DNA of 38,070 nucleotides, from the IMG/VR virus record IMGVR_UViG_3300020426_000014, positions 1 through 38,070 of that record, one strand, 5' to 3'. Numbering within the stretch: the stretch's first letter is position 1; every line of letters starts with the position of its first letter. This document shows, piece by piece, positions 9,801-19,152 of this stretch. Made by a program: the position numbers and the translations under genes. This DNA comes from a virus. Its lineage: Duplodnaviria; Caudoviricetes. The notes beneath the pieces were generated by a model. That model had not been told where the DNA came from, searched no databases, and worked only from the letters and a program-made list of their open reading frames with translations.

Positions 9801-12800
9801 TGACCCCGCCATCCTTGTAGATCGGGGGAACATTCTTCGGGAGCATGGCCGGAGCATCTTCGCCCAGCGCTTCCCTGATCCATTCCGCATCGAGCGGGGC
9901 CTGTTTCGCCGCCGCGAGCGCGCGAAATTCCGGGCGAGCGTCGATGCGCGCCGACACCTCTGCTTCGACAGTGGCGCGACGATCCTTATATTCCTTCGTC
10001 ACCTGGCGCTTAACCGCGTTCATCGCCTTGGCGAGCAGGGCATCATGAGCAGCGTTTCGCGCTCCCGCCGTGCTTTCCTGATAGGCGGCGAACTCGTCAT
10101 CCGTCATGGTATCCGGCTTGTCGGTAAACAGCGCCTCGATATTCTGCGCCTGACGCGCTTGTTCGATTTCCTCGTCCGTCGCGATAAGGCGGTCCATGAC
10201 TGCGCGGATTTCCGGGGTGATAGGGGCCTTCAACCGATCGACGCTGCGATAGATCGACACCAGCCACGACCGGAACGCTTCGAACGCCCGCCGCAGGAGT
10301 GGGGTAGGGGACTTGCCCTCCATCAGGTAGCGCTCGACGCCGCGCGCCCACATTTCATGGGCGTCCACGGGGATCGTGCCATCCTCCAGGGCATGGCCGT
10401 TGGCGGCGAACCAATCCTGCACGGTCTGCCAGTCCGCCTTGATCTGGTCGGAGGCGTCAGGATCGGCTGCATCATAGCGAAGTTGCTCCAGCCACAGGTG
10501 CCCGGTTTCATGCAAGAGGGTGGACTGGTCGCGCGATTGGAACAGTTCGATGACGCTCGGGCCTTGGCCAAAACCGGCAGACGGGAACACGATGCGCCCG
10601 CGCGGACCATCATTGAAGGATTGGTCGAACGCCTGACCTTCCGCCTCCCGCTGATAGGCGGCAATCGCATCCTTGATTTCCTTGCGTGTCGCCTTGTCGG
10701 GATCAATGCCCCGGTTTTCCAACATCCCGCGCAATTCCTGCGCCGCGTCGCGCAGCGTCTTTTCCTGCGCAGTCAGGAACCGATCACGCCCCGCCACGCC
10801 CTCCGCAATCGCGTCCAGAAGATCGTTCGCGCTCGGGCGCTGATCGCCAAATTCGGGGAAATAGCCAGCTTCCCATGCACGCTGCGCCCAGGCATCAGCG
10901 CCATATTCGTTCACCCCAAGCCCGCCATCGGCGATCATGGAGGATTGCCCGTCGCCACTGGCATCACGAACCAGCTTGCGCTTGCCGGGCTTCCCCTTGT
11001 GCCAGGCATCGGCTCCCATGGCCTTGAGGTCGCCGCCTGTGTCGACAATCCCACCGCCGCGCGCGATGAATTCCATGAGCGAGGGGCCGGCCGCCGTCTT
11101 GGCGTCCTTCCCGCCCTTCATCGTTTCAATCAGAATGTCCGTGTTGTCGGCCGCCTGGACCTGGGCGAGGGCAGGGGGAAGAATTTGCCGCACGTCAACA
11201 GGATCGAACTCTTGCCCCGTCAGGTCGCGCCCCATGCGTTGAGCGCGCGTCGACTCCCGCTGCGTCAGCAATTCGGCTTGCGTCATGGCGGTAGCAGGCG
11301 TGAAGCCGGCATTCATCAGCTTGTCGGCGATCGACTGGCGCAGAGTATCACGCGGCTGTTCCTGCGCCCGCGCCGCCTCCGCTTCCTGCGCCGCCTGTTC
11401 CGATAGCTGGTCGATCACGTCCGCCATCGCATCATCGAACGTCTGCGCCTCACGCATCGACATGCCGCCAGCGGACAAGCGCATATCCTCCTTGAGCGCG
11501 CCCCACGCCGGAGTATTGGCGATGCGCGCCAGATCACCCACCGGCAGGACAACATCGCCACCCGTGGCCAGCGCCTCATCGATCGCATCACGATAGCTGT
11601 CGAACTCGCCGGAATAGCCGTCCGACTGCATGTAGCTGTTCACCGCATCGCCGAGGATGAAAACCCTGTCTGCGCCGGTATCGTCGCCAAGCTGCTGGAT
11701 CAGGTCCGACAGCGCCTCGGGGTCGCGCGCGCCGGTCTTCGCCTTCGCCGCCGCAGTCGCCACTTCATCAAGGAAGGCGCCGTTTGCGCGCGCCATAGCC
11801 GCTTGCTGGCGCTTGTCCGCCGCATCGGAAATGATCCTTGCCGTCCGCTCTGTCGCTGTCGTCAGTCCGACCGTCGCGCCGACACCGCCGACCGTGGCGA
11901 CCAGCGTCTCCGCAGCAGCAGCCGGGCGCTCCTTCATGAAGTCGGCAACGGTCTTGTCAGGGTTGAGCGTCGCCCACTCATTCAGATCTTGCAGGAACGT
12001 CGCCGCCTGTTCGCCGGGGATTTCAGCCGCGAGTTGGCGGAGCAAGGTTTTGCCCAGCGGGGACTTCGCCGCCAGATCGCCAACCAGCTTAGAGACCGGC
12101 GCTTTCTCAGTCAAAATCTCTATGCCGCCTTGCGTTGCTCCATAGAGCAATGATCGCGGAGCCGACAGCCCCTTGTCGCGCGCGCGGACATACTCGTTTC
12201 CGCCGACCGATGCCCCCATGACGCTGGCGCCGGCCCCGGGACCCGCGACGACACCGACGCCCACGGCGGCGAGCGATGGGACAACGCTCTCCACGCCTGC
12301 GAGAAGATTGCGCGCCAGCCAGTTTTCGACATTCGGCCGCGCCTTCGCCGCCGCGTCCTGATCGGATTTCTGGATCGACAGCGCATAATCGGCGATGATC
12401 CGGGGCAGCGACTTGATGCCGGCACGCCGCTCTGCCTCCGAGGATGGCGTGAGCGCGTCCATGTTTTCCGCCAGGCCACCAATCGCACCATAGATCCCGC
12501 CCAGCGCCTCATAGGCACCGGCCTGCACCGTCTTGCCGACATTCTTCAGACCGTAGAAGGCTTTACCCAGCAGCGAGAGATTGTCATAGTCATCGGCAGC
12601 GACGGCGGCATTATTGCCCTTGGCTGACCAGCGCCCGATGGCGGGATAATCCTGCGCCGCAGCCTTAGCCCGCGCCGCCCGCGCCTCCAATTCGAACGCG
12701 GGCAGGTTGCTTTCTACCACAGCGGCAGGGAGGCCGCGCGCCTTTGCGATGGCTCCAGCCCGCGCCGCCTCATCTGGCTTGGCAACCTTGATGCGGAACG

Positions 12801-12912
12801 CCATTTCCTCATCGCGCTGGCGCTGCAAATCGGCGGCGAAGGGATCGACCGTTTCGGGCTGATTGTCCCGGCTGCGCATCTGATCCAGATATTTGAACGG
12901 ATCGGTCGCCAT
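6835..12912 (-). CDS. Large internal virion/ejection protein (T7 gp16-position, polyvalent-type) with HExxH metallopeptidase-like domain
   Basis: 2025 aa, Ala-rich and helical; STLLHETGHLWLE...HEMWARGVERYLMEGK motif; last gene of the ejection cluster. Confidence 0.8.
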   Translation of the reverse strand: MATDPFKYLDQMRSRDNQPETVDPFAADLQRQRDEEMAFRIKVAKPDEAARAGAIAKARGLPAAVVESNLPAFELEARAARAKAAAQDYPAIGRWSAKGNNAAVAADDYDNLSLLGKAFYGLKNVGKTVQAGAYEALGGIYGAIGGLAENMDALTPSSEAERRAGIKSLPRIIADYALSIQKSDQDAAAKARPNVENWLARNLLAGVESVVPSLAAVGVGVVAGPGAGASVMGASVGGNEYVRARDKGLSAPRSLLYGATQGGIEILTEKAPVSKLVGDLAAKSPLGKTLLRQLAAEIPGEQAATFLQDLNEWATLNPDKTVADFMKERPAAAAETLVATVGGVGATVGLTTATERTARIISDAADKRQQAAMARANGAFLDEVATAAAKAKTGARDPEALSDLIQQLGDDTGADRVFILGDAVNSYMQSDGYSGEFDSYRDAIDEALATGGDVVLPVGDLARIANTPAWGALKEDMRLSAGGMSMREAQTFDDAMADVIDQLSEQAAQEAEAARAQEQPRDTLRQSIADKLMNAGFTPATAMTQAELLTQRESTRAQRMGRDLTGQEFDPVDVRQILPPALAQVQAADNTDILIETMKGGKDAKTAAGPSLMEFIARGGGIVDTGGDLKAMGADAWHKGKPGKRKLVRDASGDGQSSMIADGGLGVNEYGADAWAQRAWEAGYFPEFGDQRPSANDLLDAIAEGVAGRDRFLTAQEKTLRDAAQELRGMLENRGIDPDKATRKEIKDAIAAYQREAEGQAFDQSFNDGPRGRIVFPSAGFGQGPSVIELFQSRDQSTLLHETGHLWLEQLRYDAADPDASDQIKADWQTVQDWFAANGHALEDGTIPVDAHEMWARGVERYLMEGKSPTPLLRRAFEAFRSWLVSIYRSVDRLKAPITPEIRAVMDRLIATDEEIEQARQAQNIEALFTDKPDTMTDDEFAAYQESTAGARNAAHDALLAKAMNAVKRQVTKEYKDRRATVEAEVSARIDARPEFRALAAAKQAPLDAEWIREALGEDAPAMLPKNVPPIYKDGGVNPDDAAELSGFTSGEAMVRALMGVETARRQLREGGDQRSVRKALIDQEVDALMLERYGDPFTDGSIEEEALAIIHNDQQGEVIAAEMRVLARSTGQRLTPYRIAKDWAARTVRQGRVADVASRSAIQRYQRAASKASKAAMDAVIAGDNAEAFRQKQAQMLNNALISEAKRAADDIEAAVSRMSKVASKRTMASVDQDYLERAQGLLEQVDLKQRSQRFIDRQEGFEAWAREQEEAGRDMIVPPSFAASLGTTNWSRLTVEQLVGLDAAVTQIMHLGRLKQKLLDAKEERDFEAVVSDGVAQIEGLIESGGIKPPKETRTFAEPGYFRRAKSFVLAIDAALLKMETVFDWLDGGKFGIFKRVIFQRIVDAQERRRKLTVQIVDALSKAQAEVPKEIRKRWGQKVTLSFIDPRTGRPAVMTRDQLVAMALNMGNEGNAKKLAGGYGWNEQGILDMLNRELTVEEWRYVQKVWDAIDVLWADIASLERRVNGIEPDKVEAREVQTNAGLLRGGYYPVVYDGTRDLRVEKQTALSVDQLFSSAYKRANTRAGSTNERTDVEDRPILLSPSVLSRHVNEVVHDITHREALMDAHRFLNDARIVSAVRNALGEEVQKQFNPWLQHIANEYAYDAQGMGAIEKGLKAIRTNATFVGLAYRASTIMLQITGFIQTAEVIGARWVAQGVYSFSMRPRESWDFVLENSQEVAARMETMDRDMREMLNAQSRLGKGVSAFKANGFALIGAVDRFVSVVSWIGAYNKAQARGDGDAQSIAYADETVRKSQGSGAAKDLAAIMRGKGAAGEAAKMIMPFYSFMSAYYQRQRTLARDYGTAFRTGSVKDFPDLLTRTVMLYVLPVIASEWLAGRLPDDDDEEGFTQWLIAAIGANALGPIPVVRDVANFATKGFASDVSSVDRFLGSANRVVADAKNLWEGDETTRATRNVMEVAGYAGAPTSGQVAATSQFLVDVFSGDQHPENFGEWWEGITKGKIKED

Positions 12913-14927
12913 TACCAGTAACGCCCCTTGCCGTTGCGGAAGATTTCCGCGACCTGTTCGTCAGTGGGTTCGCGGCCATAGGTATCGCGATATGCCTTGA
13001 CGATCTTCCACTTCCGATCTTCCGGCACGTCGCCAATACCCAGTTCAAAGCGAGGCTTGGTTTTTTCGCCAGCGCCGAAGAAGCCCACCGTCTTGAACGT
13101 CACCTCTTTGGTCGCCGAAAGAAACGATTGGTAGAGTTCACCTTCGGTTGGCTTACGCTTGCCGTCCGTCAGAGCTTTTATTTCGGCTTCCATGATCTTC
13201 TGGACGTTGACCCGCTTGCGCTTGTCATCTTCCTTGTCGCCGGTCAGCCCAGCCTCGACCCCGAATGTCGAAATGGTGGACGATACCTTGCCCCGAATGT
13301 CCGCATCGGGATCGCCGGCAACGATGCGCGCCTGCTCCTTGAGAAGGCCCTGCATTTCGGCGGGCGTGACCTGGCCGACATATTTGCCGAGCGATTGCTT
13401 TGCAAAGCCCTCGGGATCAAGGATGCGCTGCAACTCCAGCGTCGTCGCGATCGACCCGTTCGCCTTGACCTCTGCCGGCTTGGCGTTCGATTTAGCGACG
13501 CCGATATAGGAGCGCAACGCGTCGGGCGCGAGGCTGTCGCGAATGCTGCGCGGCATCTGCGAAATGTCGGTGAACCCGCCACCGCGCTCGTTCACCCATT
13601 TGGATGCAGCCTGATCGGCGTCATCCTCGCGGCGACGCTGCAACGTCTCATCAAGCGAAGCCCGCTCTTTTGCTTCCGCCAGCACGGCGTCCCGCTGTTC
13701 GATGCTCCAGCCCTGCGCCTTGGCCTCAGTGAATATTCGCGAGATGACTTGCTCCATGTCCCAACGGCGCGGGGCAGGCATGGCCCCGCCACCACCCTTG
13801 CCCAGGACGATATGCCAGTGATCGCCGGTCGCATGGGCCGTCTTGCCGCTGCCGGTCTCGTTCAAGGCCTGAAGCACGGTATAGCCGGCGTCCTGCACTT
13901 CCTTCACATATTGCTCGAACGTCATGCCCTTGATCGGGGCCACATCGACGGCAGCATGGCTTTTCGTGTGCCACGATTTGGGGTTGGCCTTCGATAGCGG
14001 ATGGTCCGGCCCGCGATAGGTCGATGTCACGCGCGCCTGCGGGAACAGGCCTTTGATGACCTCGCCGCCATTGGAGACGGGCGTTCCCGAAACGCCTCTG
14101 CCCGGATCGCCTTGGATCGGCGGCAGTGCCATCAGCGCATCGACCTGCTGCGCCGCCCAGCGCTTTTGCATCGGCGCGGCCAGATCAGCGGAAATACCCG
14201 CTTCGTCCGCCGCCGTCATCTTGCCGGCGTTCGCCTTGAAATAGGCGTCCGCCATGTCGTAATCCTTATCGGCGATGTATCGATTGACGATTGCGCTATG
14301 AGCAGAACTCTCCGCGTCGCGCTCCACCTTGGTCAGGATCTCATCCCCGCCCAGCCCCGCCATGATGGCATTCTGCCGGGCCTGCGCCCGTGCCTGGCCA
14401 ATGAAGTCTGCACGCTGCGCGGGATCGTCGGAGGCAACAGCCGTCTCAACCAGATTGGCGAACTTCGCCTTACCTGTTTCCTGTTCGAATATGCGGAGCG
14501 CGCCGACCGCGTGACCGGCGATGTCATTGCCTGTCTGGACCTGAAGTAGGCGCAACTGCGGCTCAAGATAGCGCTTGGTTCGCGGGTCGGCCCCAGCAAG
14601 GGATTGACCGATGGCATCCTGCAACGCCTTGTCGGTGGCTGGGCGAGCGTCCAGCGCCTCTTTCCCCACCTTCGTCTTGTAGGTTGCGAGCGCCTGCGAC
14701 GCGGCCGTGGCGGCGTTCAGATACAGCGCATCGGCGTTCGTGCGCGCCAGATCGTCATCGATGCGATCCTGCGCCACGGCATAATCCGCGACCGCACCGC
14801 CAATCTGCTGCAAGCCTTGTCCGATCGCGCCAGCAACGCCGCCACCATTGTCAGCGGCACGAAAGCGGGCGCCGGTAGTCTGGACCGGGCCGACCTGGGG
14901 AGAGCCATATGTCTGGATGCGGGGCAA
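12912..14927 (-). CDS. Internal virion/ejection protein (gp15-position) with inserted M15/Hedgehog-DD-peptidase-like domain
   Basis: 671 aa helical; central VTSTYR...SWH...AAVD...HWH zinc-peptidase pattern. Confidence 0.75.
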   Translation of the reverse strand: MPRIQTYGSPQVGPVQTTGARFRAADNGGGVAGAIGQGLQQIGGAVADYAVAQDRIDDDLARTNADALYLNAATAASQALATYKTKVGKEALDARPATDKALQDAIGQSLAGADPRTKRYLEPQLRLLQVQTGNDIAGHAVGALRIFEQETGKAKFANLVETAVASDDPAQRADFIGQARAQARQNAIMAGLGGDEILTKVERDAESSAHSAIVNRYIADKDYDMADAYFKANAGKMTAADEAGISADLAAPMQKRWAAQQVDALMALPPIQGDPGRGVSGTPVSNGGEVIKGLFPQARVTSTYRGPDHPLSKANPKSWHTKSHAAVDVAPIKGMTFEQYVKEVQDAGYTVLQALNETGSGKTAHATGDHWHIVLGKGGGGAMPAPRRWDMEQVISRIFTEAKAQGWSIEQRDAVLAEAKERASLDETLQRRREDDADQAASKWVNERGGGFTDISQMPRSIRDSLAPDALRSYIGVAKSNAKPAEVKANGSIATTLELQRILDPEGFAKQSLGKYVGQVTPAEMQGLLKEQARIVAGDPDADIRGKVSSTISTFGVEAGLTGDKEDDKRKRVNVQKIMEAEIKALTDGKRKPTEGELYQSFLSATKEVTFKTVGFFGAGEKTKPRFELGIGDVPEDRKWKIVKAYRDTYGREPTDEQVAEIFRNGKGRYW

Positions 14928-14929
14928 TG

Positions 14930-15433
14930 TCAGCCCCCCATCTTGGCTTTGATCGTGGAATACTGCTTGGCCCCGCCGAGCGCCGTCCCTGCCATGTTGA
15001 ACAGGCCGCCGATGAGAGCACCTTGCCCGGCTTGGCGCGATGCCAGCGCCTGCGATTGGTAATTCATGCCCTCGATATTATAGCCGCGGACATTCTCCGC
15101 GCCCTGTTCATAGATGCGTCGAGCATCCTCCTGCGCGAGCATATGCGTGTCGGCGGTGAGATCGGCGGCATTCCCGAAATTCACGTCCAGCCCACCGGCC
15201 GCCATGGCGACGCGCTGCTGCCCTTCAAGCTGAGCAACCTTGCGATAATGCGCTAGCGCCGCGTCGCGCGTGTTGTCCTGTTCGCGCCGCGCTGCCTCGC
15301 CTGCCAGCTTGGCATTCTGATCCGCCACGCGCGCCTGATACTTCGCCTGGGCATTTTGCTGGAGCGCGCTATAGCCCTGCCCGACCGTGGCGACCGCCGT
15401 TGCGGCGATGGTGAGGGTGAGGGGATCGCACAT
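14930..15433 (-). CDS. Internal virion protein (T7 gp14-like)
   Basis: MCDPLTLTIAATAVATVG start, Ala/Gln-rich, GQQRVAMAAGG motif; synteny. Confidence 0.8.
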   Translation of the reverse strand: MCDPLTLTIAATAVATVGQGYSALQQNAQAKYQARVADQNAKLAGEAARREQDNTRDAALAHYRKVAQLEGQQRVAMAAGGLDVNFGNAADLTADTHMLAQEDARRIYEQGAENVRGYNIEGMNYQSQALASRQAGQGALIGGLFNMAGTALGGAKQYSTIKAKMGG

Positions 15434-15885
15434 CAGCGCTTCATCCAGAAATAGCGGAAGGGGACACCGCGCACGACATGCTCCTCAGGCTCGACGGTGA
15501 AGCCCCAGCGCGCCAAGAGCCTGATCGCCTTCCCGTTCGCGCTGGAAACTAGGTTGCTGGCCAGAAAGCTTGAATCGACGGCTTCGCGCAGCAACGCCGG
15601 CCCCATGGAGAGAAGCGCCCTGCCATGGCGATAGACTTCATCCGTCCCGAGAAACCAGACGGTCGCAGTGCGGTTGAGAGCGGACGTTGTGACCGCCCCG
15701 AACATCGCTTCCGGCCGCCCGTCCACCAGCGCCGTCCAGCAGCGATCGGACAGGAGGAAGCCATTGCGGAGCGCCTGCTTCGGGCTGTGCCCCATGGCCT
15801 CGCACTCGATCCTGTCGATAGCGCGAATGCGGGACGCAATCGGGCCGATATGCGTCACTTTCGACGCGACGACTTCGACGCTCAT
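15433..15885 (-). CDS. T7 gp13-like GNAT-fold virion assembly protein
   Basis: IRAIDRIECEAMG, AMFG, VWFLGT, NGKAIRLLARWGF motifs; synteny between nozzle and gp14. Confidence 0.8.
   Translation of the reverse strand: MSVEVVASKVTHIGPIASRIRAIDRIECEAMGHSPKQALRNGFLLSDRCWTALVDGRPEAMFGAVTTSALNRTATVWFLGTDEVYRHGRALLSMGPALLREAVDSSFLASNLVSSANGKAIRLLARWGFTVEPEEHVVRGVPFRYFWMKR
15546..15579 (-). promoter_or_regulatory. Putative late promoter (ejection-protein operon), intragenic
   Basis: GTCGATTCAA (15579-15570)-N18-TAGTTT, ~110 nt upstream of ATG 15433. Confidence 0.6.
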
Positions 15886-17702
15886 TGCCCTACGACAGGA
15901 TCGAGATAAACCGCCAGCAGGGTAAGGGGCAGGGGGTCGGACTGCTTCACATAGACCGACACTTCGCCGGCCACGACATTGGGCACGTCGATCAGATATT
16001 TGCCATCCATAAGGCTATCCGGAGCGCCCCATGCCTCGCTCGTGCGCGGCTTGATTGGGTATGTCTTGCCCTCCGACCCATCAGCCTTGCCCGACCCCAC
16101 CCTGACCGCGCGACTGCGGCGAAGATGAACGACCACTTCGCCGGCCTGCTGCTTCCGCCCCGCATTGCTCCCGAGTGGGCCGTTGAACATGACCGGCATC
16201 GTCTGAATGTCCACGTCATATGGAAGGCCGATCGTGAGCTTGGAAACAGCCCCAACCGCAGACGGCATGGTTATCTTGCCATCGGAAACGGTGAGGTCTT
16301 TCACGACATTGCCGTCAGCCAATGCCCAAACGCTATGCCCCTCCAGATGCCAGAGGTTGTAGAAGGTGCTGCGAGGACTCGTGTAGGAATAGGAGACTGC
16401 GCAGTCCAGATAGCAGCAGTCCTCCACGTCAGACCACAGATGCGAGGCCAGGCGCTCAACGAACGTCCTTTCGATGCCAGCGATCGTTCGGCGAACGACC
16501 AGATACACACGATCCTCGCCATTCTCAGGGATCGAGCAGCAGGACAAGACGAAGCCATCTGTTTCGCACAGCGTCCAGCCCCATACCTGTTGCGCTTGCT
16601 CCCAGGTGAAGCATAGCAGCTTGCCATCGTCGCGGACCGCCCAAATGACCGAACGCGGCTCCTGAGAGAAGCACCAAGACACGATCGACATGCCCGCGAA
16701 AAAATGCGGTGAGAAGATCGACACATCGTCAGACGTGAGGCTGTCCACTTCGAACTTGTAGTTGAGGGCACGCACGCCTGCGCCGACCGATGGCTGGTAA
16801 AAGACCACATTATCGACAACCAGCGGCGACAGGCGGGACGATCCGCGGCCGATCTGACGGCGGACGGTCGCGGGAGGTGAGGCTGTCAGATAGCCCCCGG
16901 CCTCGCTGCTATCGACAATGAACAGGCTGTCCGATGTGAGGGCGAGCAAGCTTGTGGTGGAGACGAGCTGATTGATGGCGTTCACCCGCCCTGCGTTCGC
17001 AGCAAGCGCGATGCTGTCATCCGCGCGCAAAGGCGTGGCCTGGTCGAAATTCTCGAACTCCGCCGACCGGCTGCCCCATATGGCATTCGGGCTATTGCGA
17101 CTGCGCCCCAGGAACAGGCGCTGTTCGAAGAATGTTACCGTCGATGGATAATCACCAACCGCGCCGAACGGATTATACGCCTCAGGCGGCGCGCGCGTCA
17201 GGTCCGGCGCAATATTGTCGTCCGTAAAGGACGTGGCCGCCGTAGTGCCGATGAAGCCAAGGAACTGGCTATTGTCCGCCTTGTAGACATTGTAGCGATC
17301 CGCCCCGCTCACCGCGCCCCATGTGAACACGTTATAGTTGCGTTTCAGATCGAGATCATTGATTGCCTGCACCGGCGTATCCGCGCGACTCTCCACGCCA
17401 TTCTCATCGAGTGCCGTCACTGTGTAGTGGGCTGCGCGCGGATAATAGGCGTTGCCCCCGTTCTCGCTATCAGTGTTTGGCACATAGGCGGTGACAGACA
17501 ATGATCCTGGCGCAGACAGCGACGGCCCGAACGCGACGGTCGAGAAAGCCCAGCCGTCATGCGCTGAGCGCGTCAGCTTGGTGACGGGATAGTCGAGATG
17601 GGCGAGATACATCGTATCCGCCTGCTGTTCGAAGTCTATTTCGTCCAGGTCAACGCCATTATAAGGCGCTCCTACACGAACGATCCGAGACACACCCATC
17701 AA
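15882..17702 (-). CDS. Tail nozzle / tail tubular protein B, C-terminal part
   Basis: FEQQADTMYLAH, YPSTVTFFEQRLFLG, IWGSRS, QSDPLPLTLLAV motifs of beta-propeller nozzles; lacks the usual N-terminus. Confidence 0.9.
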   Translation of the reverse strand: MMGVSRIVRVGAPYNGVDLDEIDFEQQADTMYLAHLDYPVTKLTRSAHDGWAFSTVAFGPSLSAPGSLSVTAYVPNTDSENGGNAYYPRAAHYTVTALDENGVESRADTPVQAINDLDLKRNYNVFTWGAVSGADRYNVYKADNSQFLGFIGTTAATSFTDDNIAPDLTRAPPEAYNPFGAVGDYPSTVTFFEQRLFLGRSRNSPNAIWGSRSAEFENFDQATPLRADDSIALAANAGRVNAINQLVSTTSLLALTSDSLFIVDSSEAGGYLTASPPATVRRQIGRGSSRLSPLVVDNVVFYQPSVGAGVRALNYKFEVDSLTSDDVSIFSPHFFAGMSIVSWCFSQEPRSVIWAVRDDGKLLCFTWEQAQQVWGWTLCETDGFVLSCCSIPENGEDRVYLVVRRTIAGIERTFVERLASHLWSDVEDCCYLDCAVSYSYTSPRSTFYNLWHLEGHSVWALADGNVVKDLTVSDGKITMPSAVGAVSKLTIGLPYDVDIQTMPVMFNGPLGSNAGRKQQAGEVVVHLRRSRAVRVGSGKADGSEGKTYPIKPRTSEAWGAPDSLMDGKYLIDVPNVVAGEVSVYVKQSDPLPLTLLAVYLDPVVGQ

Positions 17703-18358
17703 GGCACCTTCACATTAGGATTGTCGGGATCACGCCCATCTCCACCGCCGCCCGTAGGAGGTGGAGGCGGCGGCGACACAGGCGGCGGGACCGGCGGATC
17801 GGCGGGCACGGGAACCGGCTCTGTGATCCGAACGATGCCACCGCTCGCGCCGGTGAATGCCGGCATGTCCCGAGCATCAATGCTGATCTTGAAATTATGG
17901 GCATCGACCACCGAAGTCACCTTTGCGATGCGGCCATTCAAATGGTCGCCCAACGCCCCATTGATACCGCTCAGATAGACCTCCTGCCCGACCGAGTAGC
18001 CATGATATGCTGCCGTGATTCTTGCCTGCGCCTCATTGGCGATTGCGGATATGAACAGTTGCTGGTTCACGACCAGTCCACCCATGGCCGCGACACGCAT
18101 GTAGCCTTGGCCGAGTTCCAGCGCATAGGCTTGCTCAATCGAGAATTGAAAGGGGATCAGGCGAACGGGATAGTCGGGGTCCAGCACCTCAGCGACAAAG
18201 CGCGTGCCCGGCCGCTTTTCCAAGCCTCCATATTTGAGGACGACGCAGTTGCGGGCCTTCCGCGCGGCCGTCCCGTAGGCGTCCACGTCGAAGCGTCCCG
18301 CAAGATCGGGTGCAATCTCTCCCTTGGAGAAATTGGGCTGGCCGATCCTATAGCCCAT
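17699..18358 (-). CDS. Tail nozzle / tail tubular protein B, N-terminal part (FCCH-like insert, Pro-rich C-tail)
   Basis: QPNFSKGEIAPDLAGRFD...GGLEKRPGTRFV...RLIPFQFS canonical nozzle N-terminus; AYHGYSVGQEVYLSGI...LNGR domain. Confidence 0.9.
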   Translation of the reverse strand: MGYRIGQPNFSKGEIAPDLAGRFDVDAYGTAARKARNCVVLKYGGLEKRPGTRFVAEVLDPDYPVRLIPFQFSIEQAYALELGQGYMRVAAMGGLVVNQQLFISAIANEAQARITAAYHGYSVGQEVYLSGINGALGDHLNGRIAKVTSVVDAHNFKISIDARDMPAFTGASGGIVRITEPVPVPADPPVPPPVSPPPPPPTGGGGDGRDPDNPNVKVP

Positions 18359-18998
18359 CGTTCATATACCCTGCCCGCGCATATTCGACGGGGCTGATAT
18401 AATCGATCGTCTGACGCGGCATCCGGTTCTCGGCCTCGGCAACGGCGCGCTGACGTGCGATTTCGGCTTGGCGGATCAGGTCGCCCTTGAGTTCACGTGA
18501 TTTCTTGATCGGGAATGCGAGGCGTGATGCCAGCTCAAGCGAGAGCGCGCGGGCCGTTAGAGCATCGACCGTCGCAATATCCACGTCGCCAATCTGATAC
18601 TCAAGAATGGCGTCAGCAACATTCGTGTAGAGCGACCCATCGGCTGTGACGAAGGGCAGGGCTCCGAGCGCATCCCAAGCCGGGAAGGTGTAAGGTCCAC
18701 CAACAGGCAACCCGGTTCGTTGCTGGTCAACAGTAGGGAGAACCCGGATCGCCTCCGTCATGCCAGCCGGGGCCGCATAGCGATACAGCCATTCTCCCTT
18801 GCGGTCGTTGGGGCGCAAGGCCAGCACCGTGCGCCTTATCGCAAAGGGGAATGCCGTCCACGTCAGCATTTCCTTGATGACCTGCGGCAGGATCGTGCGG
18901 CAATAGAGGCCGCTCGAACTATCCTCATCCATGGAGTTGATCGGGTCCGCCGCGATTTCCGCCAGCGCCTCGTTGCAGATAGAGAGTTGGTCGGCCAT
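18348..18998 (-). CDS. Tail adaptor / tail tubular protein A
   Basis: MADQLSICNEALAEI, FPFAIRRTVLA, WLYRYAAP, LALELASRLA-type motifs; synteny. Confidence 0.9.
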   Translation of the reverse strand: MADQLSICNEALAEIAADPINSMDEDSSSGLYCRTILPQVIKEMLTWTAFPFAIRRTVLALRPNDRKGEWLYRYAAPAGMTEAIRVLPTVDQQRTGLPVGGPYTFPAWDALGALPFVTADGSLYTNVADAILEYQIGDVDIATVDALTARALSLELASRLAFPIKKSRELKGDLIRQAEIARQRAVAEAENRMPRQTIDYISPVEYARAGYMNDGL

Positions 18999-19004
18999 GG
19001 CGTT

Positions 19005-19038
19005 GGTCTATGCCTGCCGCAACAGCGCTTGAATCGAC
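19005..19038 (-). promoter_or_regulatory. Putative late promoter (tail operon), probably leaderless
   Basis: GTCGATTCAA (19038-19029)-N18-TAGACC-6 nt-ATG(18998); no SD sequence. Confidence 0.7.
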
Positions 19039-19113
19039 GCCTAGTCGCGCGCGGGCGCGGATTGCTCGACCTTGAGGGGCTGTCCGGTGCGGTTGGGGAT
19101 ATTGGGCATAGGT

Positions 19114-19145
19114 GGAAATGGCGGGAGCCGGTGAAAGCCCCCGCC
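19114..19145 (-). terminator. Putative intrinsic terminator closing the head operon
   Basis: GGCGGGGGC-8 nt loop-GCTCCCGCC stem 8 nt after stop 19153, followed by a short ATTTCC tail. Confidence 0.55.
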
Positions 19146-19152
19146 GCCCCTG

